In this document: one piece after another, positions 1 through 8,171 of the stretch | Layout: every line of letters starts with the position of its first letter | Position numbering within the stretch: position 1 is the stretch's first letter | Origin: Verrucomicrobiota bacterium | Lineage (GTDB): Bacteria > Verrucomicrobiota > Verrucomicrobiia > Verrucomicrobiales > DEV007 | Length of the DNA stretch: 21,885 nucleotides | Assembly: GCA_045046875.1 (NCBI GenBank) | Contig: JASFYY010000090.1 | Coordinates: 1 to 21,885 of the forward strand | Direction: 5' to 3' | Program-made: the position numbers and the translations under genes | The notes under the pieces: model-generated | Databases searched by the model: none | Told to the model about the DNA's origin: nothing | What the model saw: only the letters and a program-made list of their open reading frames with translations

Positions 1-626
1 GCCGATGAAGGTAATTTGAACTGCAACCCACTCGACACAGCTTCCCAAGTCAGCGCAAAGTCGGTTTTTTGCAACATCATCAGTGAAATCAAAGTCAACA
101 CGGTGAACAGGCCAATCATCACAATCGACAATTTTTCGATCAATCCATATTTGCCGCGAAAAACCAGCAGCGCTACCACCACCACGGAAATCCCCGCCCA
201 CAAGGGAATCGAAAGCGCTGGAAACGCCATGTGTAAAATGATCGCCACCCCACCAACAATCCCCCCCACTTGGAAAAACTTAAATACCATCAAGGCCAAC
301 CACAACCACACCGACCAATTCGCCCGTCCCATACGCAATCCTGGCAGCTTGTTGAATGCCGCCAAGGACGTCTCTCCGGTATTGATCGCATGTTTACCAA
401 ACTCCAACTGCACCGCCACCTTCACCAGACAACTGACCAGAACCACCCACAAAGTCACAAAACCCGCTTTTGCCCCAAGCTGGGTTGTCATGATCAGTTC
501 CCCCGATCCCACGATCGATGCCGATAAAATAAAACCCGGTCCAAGGAACTTCAGTTTACCAAAAAAGCTCTTCGGCGGTTCTTCAACCGTTGCTTCTGTC
601 AACACATAGGGGTTCTCCGTATCCAT
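1..626 (-). CDS. Nramp-related (APC/SLC11-like) transporter, N-terminal part; runs off the left edge of the window
   Basis: Manual translation from the ATG at 626 gives MDTENPYVLTEATVEEPPKSFFGKLKFLGPGFILSASIVGSGELIMTTQLGAKAGFVTLWVVLVSCLVKVAVQLEFGKHAINTGET..., open to base 1 with several TM segments. GPG-x7-GSGE and TGE are typical of Nramp-related families. It is absent from the ORF track because there is no stop codon in the window. Confidence 0.85.
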   Translation of the reverse strand, partial: MDTENPYVLTEATVEEPPKSFFGKLKFLGPGFILSASIVGSGELIMTTQLGAKAGFVTLWVVLVSCLVKVAVQLEFGKHAINTGETSLAAFNKLPGLRMGRANWSVWLWLALMVFKFFQVGGIVGGVAIILHMAFPALSIPLWAGISVVVVALLVFRGKYGLIEKLSIVMIGLFTVLTLISLMMLQKTDFALTWEAVSSGLQFKLPSS

Positions 627-634
627 AAGCTGCC

Positions 635-663
635 AACATGACCACGCTCAGCCCCTCTGACAA
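635..663 (-). promoter_or_regulatory. Candidate sigma70-type promoter giving a leaderless or near-leaderless mRNA for the transporter
   Basis: TTGTCA (663-658), 17 nt, CATGTT (640-635), 8 nt, then ATG at 626. No Shine-Dalgarno sequence. Confidence 0.35.
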
Positions 664-804
664 GCATCAATACGCTTCAATCTCGATCAACTGCTCATTC
701 AAAAAATCCTGATAAAGCTTTTCCCACAGAACAGCAGTTTGTTTCCCTCCTATTTTGGAACCCATAGCCCGACATTTTTTCAAACAAGGAACACCCCTCC
801 GATG

Positions 805-851
805 AACTGATAGATATCACTTTCCACTTCAAGCGCTCTTCTCTATCAGTT
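805..851. repeat. Perfect 10-bp inverted repeat in the divergent intergenic region
   Basis: AACTGATAGA (805-814), 27 nt spacer, TCTATCAGTT (842-851). Confidence 0.6.
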
Positions 852-973
852 AAATCAGTGGTTATATTTTTTTTCATCATGTGGTGTGATTTTAAAAATA
901 TCCACTGGACAAATCCAGCTGAGCCCCCTTTTGTCAGGCTTTCCATCACCTAGTCAAATGAGCCATTCCAAAG

Positions 974-999
974 TTCCAACATCCAGTCCCATGTTGGAA
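974..999. promoter_or_regulatory. Perfect 9-bp inverted repeat immediately upstream of arnT (operator or 5' UTR hairpin)
   Basis: TTCCAACAT (974-982), CCAGTCCC, ATGTTGGAA (991-999); ends 8 nt before the ATG at 1008. The repeat is seen directly; its function is inferred. Confidence 0.5.
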
Positions 1000-1007
1000 A
1001 ATCAGCC

Positions 1008-2744
1008 ATGAACGAAGAGCCTATAATAAAGAAAAGCTCATCGGGCACGACCATGGCTACCGCCAGACCCTGGTTAGGACTGTTTGCGATATTGGTATTA
1101 ATTTACTTCGGTAGTTCTTGGATGCGCCCCTTGGGCACTCCCGATGAGCCCCGTTATACGGAGATCCCTAGGGAAATGATCAGCTCCGGCGATTGGCTCG
1201 CTCCGCGATTAAACGGTGTCCTGTATTTTTACAAACCTCCTCTATTCTACTGGTTGGAGGCCTTCTCATATAAAGTGGGAGGACTGAATCGACTGGCCTT
1301 ACGTTTCTGGCCGGCCTTTTTTGCCCTCGCCTCCTGCGGCATTTGTTACTGGGCGGGCAAACGTTTGTTCAATCGCGAGAGCGGATGGTGGTCGGCGCTG
1401 GTTCTGGGAACCGCTTTGATCCACTTCAGCCTGAGCCAAATGATCATTCTGGATATGGCGGTTTCGTTTTTCATGAGCGCCGCTCTGCTGTGTTATCTAG
1501 TGGCCATCCGGCAGCCAAGAGGCCCTGATCGCCGCTGGTGTTTCTGGAGTTTTTACGCCTTGATTGCCCTGGCGGTGATGACCAAAGGGCTGATGGCGAT
1601 CGCCTTGCCGGGAGCGATCATCTTTTTGTGGTTTTTACTGCTCAATCAGTGGAAGCAGTTGCGTCACTTGTATTTATTCTCCGGCGGGCTCATTTTCCTA
1701 CTGATCGCCCTACCCTGGCATGTGCTAGTGGCTCGTGAGCACAGTGAGTGGTTTGACTTCTACATCATCCACGAACACTTCGAACGCTACCTCAGCAACG
1801 TCAGTCATCGAGGACAACCGTTTTGGTTCTTTTTTGTCATTCTGCCCGTCGGCATGATTCCGTGGATTTTTTTCCTACCTGCAGCGCTGAAAGAAACCCT
1901 CAAAGGCGGATGGAAACATCGCAAGGAAAATCAAGAAGCCTGGTTTTTAGTGATTTGGTCGGTATTCATCCTGCTCTTCTTTTCGATCTCCAAATCAAAA
2001 TTGGTTCCTTATATTTTGCCCGCCCTTCCCCCCTTGGCGATATTGATCGGCACCTATCTGGCAAGTTTGAAAAATGCGGGCGAGTCAGGACTGAAATCAC
2101 TCAAGAGAGGCGCACACTCGACCAGTCTCTTTTTATTCATCGGCGCTGCGGCGATCCCTGCCGCCGCTTATATATTAAATCAAGCAGGTGATCTCAATGA
2201 CGGCTCCCCGCTGCTCTTTGCCTTCAGCTCCCTGGCCTGCCTGATCGCCGGCGCTTGGTTATGGCGCTCGTCCGCTCATAACCCGACCAAAATAGCCGAG
2301 CGCATTGCCATTGCCATGATGGTGGTGCTTTTCATCTTCAACCCGCTCGCCGCTCGCTTCCAACCTCCAGCTCTGGAGCCGATACTGCGGCAACTGAAGG
2401 CCAGCGCCCAGCCGGACGACCAGATATTTTCGTTTAAAGAATATTTCCACGAAATGCCCCTCTATCTCGATCAGCTGGTAGGTGTGGTCGACCACATCCC
2501 CACCGAACAATCCTTTGGGCTGGAATGGGAAGACTTGTCAGACCGCTACATGAAACTGCAGTATTTGCGCCGTCGCTGGCGGGATCACGATCAGCGCATT
2601 TACATGGTCATGAAAAATGGAGGTGACGAAGAAAAATTCACCTCCCGAATCAGAGAACCCTTTTATGAATGGAAAAGAGATGATTTTGTCGTGATTTACA
2701 CGAACATTCCGCTTAAAAAAGAAAGTAAGGCAATTGATCCATAA
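1008..2744 (+). CDS. arnT: ArnT-family (GT83/PMT_2) lipid-carrier-dependent glycosyltransferase, 4-amino-4-deoxy-L-arabinose transferase-like
   Basis: 578 aa with many TM helices. Motifs: DEPRYxEIPREMxxSGDWxxPRLNG, YFYKPPLFYW, ILDM, MTKG, EHFERY, PFWFF and SKSKLVPYILP, followed by a soluble C-terminal domain. The start may instead be the ATG at 1053. Confidence 0.9.
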   Translation: MNEEPIIKKSSSGTTMATARPWLGLFAILVLIYFGSSWMRPLGTPDEPRYTEIPREMISSGDWLAPRLNGVLYFYKPPLFYWLEAFSYKVGGLNRLALRFWPAFFALASCGICYWAGKRLFNRESGWWSALVLGTALIHFSLSQMIILDMAVSFFMSAALLCYLVAIRQPRGPDRRWCFWSFYALIALAVMTKGLMAIALPGAIIFLWFLLLNQWKQLRHLYLFSGGLIFLLIALPWHVLVAREHSEWFDFYIIHEHFERYLSNVSHRGQPFWFFFVILPVGMIPWIFFLPAALKETLKGGWKHRKENQEAWFLVIWSVFILLFFSISKSKLVPYILPALPPLAILIGTYLASLKNAGESGLKSLKRGAHSTSLFLFIGAAAIPAAAYILNQAGDLNDGSPLLFAFSSLACLIAGAWLWRSSAHNPTKIAERIAIAMMVVLFIFNPLAARFQPPALEPILRQLKASAQPDDQIFSFKEYFHEMPLYLDQLVGVVDHIPTEQSFGLEWEDLSDRYMKLQYLRRRWRDHDQRIYMVMKNGGDEEKFTSRIREPFYEWKRDDFVVIYTNIPLKKESKAIDP

Positions 2745-2825
2745 ACAGTCTGACCCACAGATCATTCCATCGCTTCCATGCACCGAACTCAAAGCGATGA
2801 AAGGCCTGATAAAAATAACGATTTC

Positions 2826-3812
2826 ATGAAAGACACAGGAGCCGATCAAGACGAGCAGGAAAACACCGGGTTTTACGCCAGTGTCGTTATTCCCGTCTAC
2901 AATGAATCCGAAAATCTAAAACCTCTCTACGAACGCCTGATGAAAGTGATGGGCGATCACGGCAAACCTTTTGAAATCATCTTTGTCAATGATGGCAGTC
3001 AGGATGACTCGCTTGAATTACTGCGCTCCTTTCACCAAACCAGTCCTCGCGAGATCGTAGTGGTCGATCTGAATGGCAACCATGGTCAGAACATGGCGGT
3101 GGTCGCGGGTTTCGGTCATGTGAGGGGCGAAGTCATCATCACCCTGGATGCCGACTTGCAGAATCCCCCGGAGGAGATTCCCAAATTATTAGAAAAATAT
3201 GAACAAGGTTACGATGCGGTGGGAAGCCGACGCAAAGACCGTCAGGATACTTTTCTGCGCCGCAAAGCCTCAGCCATGGCCAATCGATTCCGGGAAATGA
3301 TGACCGACGTGCGCATGAATGACCAGGGCTGCATGTTGAGAGTCTACAGTCGGGCGATCGTCGATGCCATTGGCGAGGGTAATGAGCGCTCCACCTTTGT
3401 CCCCGCATTAGCATACAAATTAGCCGCCAACCCGACCGAGATCGAAGTCGAACACAGTGAGCGCAACGCGGGAGACTCCAAATACAATTATTACCGATTG
3501 ATCCGCTTGAACTTCGACATGATCACCGGCATCACCCTGCTGCCTTTGCAAATTTTCACCTTACTCGGTTTTTTAGCCTCGGGAGGAAGCCTGTTTTTGG
3601 TTTTTGTGCTGCTGTTCCGAAGATTCATCAGCCCCGGCGCGTCAGAAGCCGAAGGGGTTTTCACGCTCTTTGCCATTCTCTTCCTGCTGGTCAGCGTCCT
3701 GATCGTACAGGTGGGTCTGGTCGGGGAATACGTCGGCAGAACTTATCAATCCGTGCAAGGGCAACGCCGTTACCGCGTACGCAAACTCTACCGGCAGGAT
3801 TCGAGCGAATAA
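2826..3812 (+). CDS. arnC: ArnC-like GT2 undecaprenyl-phosphate glycosyltransferase (Ara4FN transferase-like)
   Basis: Motifs SVVIPVYNE, FVNDGSQD, ITLDADLQNPPEEIP, DQGCMLRVY, ERSTFVPAL, GDSKY, two C-terminal TMs and GLVGEYVGR. The ORF is open from 2778; the start at 2826 was chosen on family length. Confidence 0.85.
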   Translation: MKDTGADQDEQENTGFYASVVIPVYNESENLKPLYERLMKVMGDHGKPFEIIFVNDGSQDDSLELLRSFHQTSPREIVVVDLNGNHGQNMAVVAGFGHVRGEVIITLDADLQNPPEEIPKLLEKYEQGYDAVGSRRKDRQDTFLRRKASAMANRFREMMTDVRMNDQGCMLRVYSRAIVDAIGEGNERSTFVPALAYKLAANPTEIEVEHSERNAGDSKYNYYRLIRLNFDMITGITLLPLQIFTLLGFLASGGSLFLVFVLLFRRFISPGASEAEGVFTLFAILFLLVSVLIVQVGLVGEYVGRTYQSVQGQRRYRVRKLYRQDSSE

Positions 3813-3821
3813 CGCACCCCT

Positions 3822-4361
3822 CTATAAGCTTGCCCGCAATTTATCGATTTTTTTCTCCAGCGCTTCGATTTGCTCCAGCAAAACATTACCTTCCGGCAAC
3901 GCACGCAACAGCTCCTTCTTTTTATCTTGCACCGCCTGATTTGCCTCAACAGCCTTCTGCTGAGTCGCCTTCAATTCGGGCATCTCTCTTGCTGCTTTTT
4001 CAAGCTCTCTGCGTGCATTGGTGTATTCGCCCATCGCTTCTTTCTTCGCAACTTCATCCTTGGCCACTGCCGCTTTGACCATTTTAGCCTGCGCCGCATC
4101 ACTGGCGTCATAAAGGGATTTTAATTGAGGCGCCTCACGTCGTGTTTTCACAAAGGCACTCGATGCATCAAATGCCGCCAACTCGAGCTCTTTATAATCC
4201 GCATTCTCCCCGACTTTTTTATCACGGAACAATTGACGCACCTGCCGGCTAAGTTTGGATTTCTCTTTCGCAAGCTGATGAACCTCTTCATTAGTATCTG
4301 CTATCGCCGACAAAACAAAAACACCGCTGAAGAGAATCGAAAAAATAACTTTCTTAATCAT
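3822..4361 (-). CDS. Exported alpha-helical/coiled-coil hypothetical protein
   Basis: Sec signal MIKKVIFSILFSGVFVLSAIA|D followed by an A/K/E-rich helical body. GGAGG lies just upstream. It fills the gap between arnC and the DUF1549 gene. Confidence 0.8.
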   Translation of the reverse strand: MIKKVIFSILFSGVFVLSAIADTNEEVHQLAKEKSKLSRQVRQLFRDKKVGENADYKELELAAFDASSAFVKTRREAPQLKSLYDASDAAQAKMVKAAVAKDEVAKKEAMGEYTNARRELEKAAREMPELKATQQKAVEANQAVQDKKKELLRALPEGNVLLEQIEALEKKIDKLRASL

Positions 4362-4483
4362 AGTGCCTCCCTACTAATTCTTCGCCTTCTCTGTGTCAAG
4401 CCTTGCCAGATAGTCGAAAAAATAAGCTAAAAGCATTGAACATCGCCCTTGCTCAGGGTGTCTCTAACTCAACGCCCAACGCC

Positions 4484-6781
4484 ATGCTTTACCCTCGTCT
4501 GATAGCCTGTATTGCCCTGTGTTTTATGAGCGCTGCCCTACTGCAGCCGCTTCGTGCGGCTGACCCCGCAGCCAAACCCACACCAAAAGCTGCCCCCAAG
4601 GCCGCTAGCAAACCACTTGCAAAACCTACCGCCCTCCCAAAACCAGCAAAAACAGAGCGTCAACTTTCCTTCCGCAACGATATTTTGCCCATTCTCAGCC
4701 GTTCCGGTTGTAATACCGGCTCTTGTCACGCCAAAGCCGATGGCCGCAATGGTTTCAAACTTTCGGTTTTCGCCTTCGATCCTGCTGCCGACTACAAGGA
4801 AATCGTCAAAGATGCCCGCGGCCGACGCATTTTCCCTGCATCTCCAGAACACAGTTTGTTGATGTTAAAAGCCACCCAGAGCATCGAACACGAAGGAGGT
4901 TCACGTTTCACCAAGGATTCCGCCCATTACAAAACCCTGCTGACATGGATCCGCCAGGGCATGCCCTATGAAATCCCCAACGAACCCCAGTTGACCAAAA
5001 TATTGGTGACCCCTCCGGACGGCAAATACAAAAAAGGCTCGTCGATGAAGGTCAAAGTGACCGCGCACTATTCCGATAGCAGCACTCGCGACGTAACCGC
5101 ACTTTCTCACTTCCAGTCCAATGACAAAGGCATGGTGAAAGTCGACGAAAACGGCAGTGCTAAAATGGGCGGAGTTTCAGGTGAAGGGGTGATCGTCGTC
5201 CGTTACTTGGAGCAAGTGGATGTCGCACGGGTCACTATTCCGCCTGAAAAAACTCTGCCCCCCGCCACCTACGCAAAGCTTCAGAGCAATAATCAAATCG
5301 ATACCTATTCCTACGAACGCCACAAAAAACTCGGTTTACTGGTTTCCCCCACCTGCTCCGACAATGAGTTCATCCGTCGCGCCACCCTGGATACTCTCGG
5401 CAAACTTCCAAGTCCTCAACAAGTCGACCAGTTCCTCAAAAACAAAGATCCGAAAAAACGATCCAAGCTGATCGATGAACTGCTGTCAGATAAAAATTCC
5501 AATGCCTGGGGCGACTACTGGGCGACCAAATTCAACGACCTGCTGCGCCCCAATACCCAGCGTGTCGGCATCAAGCCGGTTTATCTATTTGACCAATGGA
5601 TCCGGGAAAAGCTAAGAGTCAACACCCCCTACGACCAATTTGTCAGAGAACTGCTCACCGCCAGTGGATCGACTCACGAATACGGCCCCACCACCCTGTT
5701 CCGCGACAAGCGGGAGGCTGCAGACATGGGTGCTTTTGTCAGTCGCATTTTCCTCGGCATCCGCATGGATTGCGCCAAGTGCCATCACCACCCCAACGAA
5801 AAATGGGGTCAGGATGATTATTACTCACTGGCAGCTTTTTTTGGATCCGTCAAACACAAGGGCCAGGGCATATCTCCACCAATTTCAGGCGAGCCGGAAT
5901 ACATCTACTTCAAACCCGGCGGCCAGGTTAAACATCCGGTCACCCAGGCGGTGATGAAACCCAAGGCTCCCGACAGCCCCGCTGCTGAGATCAAGGAAGG
6001 TCAGGACCCACGCGAAGTGCTGGTGGATTGGATCACCCACCCGGAAAATCCTTTTTTTGCCCGCACCATCGTCAACCGTATCTGGGGAGAATACTTCGGC
6101 AAAGGCATCGTGCATCCAGTCGATGACTTCCGCGCCTCCAACCCTGCCACCAACGATGCTCTGCTCGACTGGTTGGCCACCGACTTCATCGCTCACCAAT
6201 TCGATCTCAAACATCTGATGGGCAACATCATGCGCTCCCACACCTATCAAATCAGTTCCCTGCCCAACGAGCACAATCTCGCCGACATCAATAACTTTTC
6301 CCGCTCCTACCGTCGTCGCCTGCCCGCCGAAGTCATGCTCGACGCCGTATCCGACCTGACCGGCGCCCCACCACGTTTCAGCGGCTTGCCCAAGGGATCG
6401 CCCGCGATGCGCACTTGGAACAACCTACTCAAATCTGATTTCCTCGACACCTTTGGTCGTCCTGATTCCAGTGCCGCCTGTCCCTGCGAGCGCGATGCCC
6501 AACCCAGTGCGGTGCAAGCGCTGCACATGATGAACTCCAAAGAGCTCAACGAGCGTCTCGGCAAAGCTGAAAGCCTGCCTTCCAAACTGGTCGCCGCTAA
6601 AAAATCACCTAAAGAAATCACCCGCGCCATTTACCTCGCCACCTATTCCCGCCTGCCCAACGCAACGGAGCAAAAAGCCAGCCTGGCCTACTTTAAGAAA
6701 AAAGACATGACCGCTCAACTCGCCGCCGAGGACATCCTCTGGTCGCTGTTGAATTCTGCCGAATTTGTATTCAACCACTAA
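4484..6781 (+). CDS. DUF1549/DUF1553 (PSD1/PSCyt2-type) protein with an Ig-like (Big_2) segment, exported
   Basis: Signal peptide from the ATG at 4484 (MLYPRLIACIALCF...LRA|A). Motifs SFRNDILPIL, GCNTGSCH, Ig-like VTAHYSDSSTRDVT, FIRRATLDTLGKLP, CAKCHHHP, NPFFARTIVNRIW, RRLPAEVMLDA, CPCER and LWSLLNSAEFVFNH. The track's TTG start at 4403 is probably too long. Confidence 0.9.
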   Translation: MLYPRLIACIALCFMSAALLQPLRAADPAAKPTPKAAPKAASKPLAKPTALPKPAKTERQLSFRNDILPILSRSGCNTGSCHAKADGRNGFKLSVFAFDPAADYKEIVKDARGRRIFPASPEHSLLMLKATQSIEHEGGSRFTKDSAHYKTLLTWIRQGMPYEIPNEPQLTKILVTPPDGKYKKGSSMKVKVTAHYSDSSTRDVTALSHFQSNDKGMVKVDENGSAKMGGVSGEGVIVVRYLEQVDVARVTIPPEKTLPPATYAKLQSNNQIDTYSYERHKKLGLLVSPTCSDNEFIRRATLDTLGKLPSPQQVDQFLKNKDPKKRSKLIDELLSDKNSNAWGDYWATKFNDLLRPNTQRVGIKPVYLFDQWIREKLRVNTPYDQFVRELLTASGSTHEYGPTTLFRDKREAADMGAFVSRIFLGIRMDCAKCHHHPNEKWGQDDYYSLAAFFGSVKHKGQGISPPISGEPEYIYFKPGGQVKHPVTQAVMKPKAPDSPAAEIKEGQDPREVLVDWITHPENPFFARTIVNRIWGEYFGKGIVHPVDDFRASNPATNDALLDWLATDFIAHQFDLKHLMGNIMRSHTYQISSLPNEHNLADINNFSRSYRRRLPAEVMLDAVSDLTGAPPRFSGLPKGSPAMRTWNNLLKSDFLDTFGRPDSSAACPCERDAQPSAVQALHMMNSKELNERLGKAESLPSKLVAAKKSPKEITRAIYLATYSRLPNATEQKASLAYFKKKDMTAQLAAEDILWSLLNSAEFVFNH

Positions 6782-6790
6782 TCACTTTTT

Positions 6791-8125
6791 ATGTCCCGAT
6801 TCCGCTCCAGCAAAAAATCGTTCAAACGACGCGACTTCATCCAAGTCGGTTTGGGTGCCCTCGGGGGCATCGGCCTCAGCGATATTCTGAAACTGCGCTC
6901 CCAGGCGGCCACCGCCAAAGGCAAAAATGCCAATGACATCCGCTGCATCCTGGTCTGGCTCGACGGTGGTCCCAGCCACTACGAAACCTTCGACCCCAAA
7001 CCAGATGCTCCAAAGGAAATTCGTGGTGAATTCAAAAGCATCAAAACCAAAACGCCGGGCGTTCATTTTTCTGAAATGATGCCCAAACTGGCTCAGGCTT
7101 CCGACAAACTCACCATCGTTCGTTCCATCGCCCACAAGCAGAACAACCATGGCGCAGGCAACCACTACATGATGACCGGACGCCCGACTCCGGTGCCCGT
7201 GGGCTGTGGCGCTTATGTCACCTTTCATCCCTCCTTTGGTTCAGTGGTCAGCTCCCATCGTGGCATGACCCAGGGTTTACCTCCCTACATCTCCACCCCA
7301 CGCATCACCCGTTCAGGCGGACCTAATTTTCTAGGAGCGCAACACGCCCCTTTCATTATCTCCAGCAATCCCAACAGCAAGGGTTTCAAGGTGCGTGACG
7401 TTTCCATCCCATCGGTGGTCGGTGATGACCGTGCCGGATCCAGAAAAGAGCTGCGGCAATCTCTCGATCAACTCAAACGAATCAACGATAGCATCGCCGA
7501 GGACCCTGCAGTTGGTTTTGATGAATTTTACTCCCAGGGTTTTGATCTGATCACCTCGCAAAAAGCCCAGGCCGCCTTTGATATCGAAAAAGAACCTGAA
7601 AAAGTCCGTGAGACATACGGCCGTAATGACTTTGGCCAGCGCCTGTTACTCGCTCGCCGCCTCACCGAGGTCGGGGTTCCCTTCATCACTGTATCGTATG
7701 GTGGCTGGGACGATCACACCAAAATATTTGAGAAATACAAAAAAAACAAAGCCGCCCGTTTGGATCAAGGGCTGTCAGCTTTGATCAATGACTTGCACCA
7801 ACGCGGAACATTAGACAACACACTGGTTATTGCTCTGGGCGAATTTGGCCGCACCCCGAAAATCAACAAAGACGCCGGACGCGACCACTGGTCATTTGCG
7901 ATGTCGGTGCTGATGGCTGGAGCTGGCATCCCTGGTGGCCAGATCGTAGGGGCCACCGATGCCAAAGGTTATTACGCCAGTGAAAACATCTACTCTCCGG
8001 AAGACTTCGCGGCTACCATTTACACCAAGATGGGCATCAACCCTTCTGAAATTCTCCATGACGCTGCCAAGCGTCCAATCCAATTGGTTGACCACGGCCA
8101 CCCCATCAAAGAGCTGTTTGCCTAA
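6791..8125 (+). CDS. DUF1501 family protein, Tat-exported
   Basis: Twin-arginine motif KRRDFIQVG; WLDGGPSHYETFDPKP, YGRNDFGQRLLLARRL, GWDDH, GEFGRTP and GRDHW. Starts 9 nt after the DUF1549/1553 gene. Confidence 0.93.
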   Translation: MSRFRSSKKSFKRRDFIQVGLGALGGIGLSDILKLRSQAATAKGKNANDIRCILVWLDGGPSHYETFDPKPDAPKEIRGEFKSIKTKTPGVHFSEMMPKLAQASDKLTIVRSIAHKQNNHGAGNHYMMTGRPTPVPVGCGAYVTFHPSFGSVVSSHRGMTQGLPPYISTPRITRSGGPNFLGAQHAPFIISSNPNSKGFKVRDVSIPSVVGDDRAGSRKELRQSLDQLKRINDSIAEDPAVGFDEFYSQGFDLITSQKAQAAFDIEKEPEKVRETYGRNDFGQRLLLARRLTEVGVPFITVSYGGWDDHTKIFEKYKKNKAARLDQGLSALINDLHQRGTLDNTLVIALGEFGRTPKINKDAGRDHWSFAMSVLMAGAGIPGGQIVGATDAKGYYASENIYSPEDFAATIYTKMGINPSEILHDAAKRPIQLVDHGHPIKELFA

Positions 8126-8171
8126 CTGCCGGTCTTCTCATTCGCCTGATTAAAGTGAAGGCAAATTAAAT

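Noticed and set aside
16..609. 197-aa + strand ORF (and nested 270..527)
   Set aside because: Antisense shadow of the - strand Nramp-related gene; T/N/P-rich composition with no recognisable motifs.
627..800. Possible metal-sensing riboswitch (yybP-ykoY or M-box) upstream of the transporter
   Set aside because: No conserved riboswitch elements were recognised, and the best promoter candidate leaves almost no leader. An Infernal/Rfam scan would settle it.
695..949. 84-aa - strand ORF in the divergent intergenic region
   Set aside because: No recognisable motif and it crosses AT-rich promoter-like sequence. It cannot be fully excluded but is unsupported.
4403..4483. N-terminal extension of the DUF1549 ORF from TTG 4403
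   Set aside because: A clean signal peptide begins at the ATG at 4484; the extension is probably intergenic.
6782..7228. 148-aa - strand ORF and other short ORFs inside the DUF1549, DUF1501 and PPC genes
   Set aside because: Antisense or alternative-frame shadows of well-supported genes.
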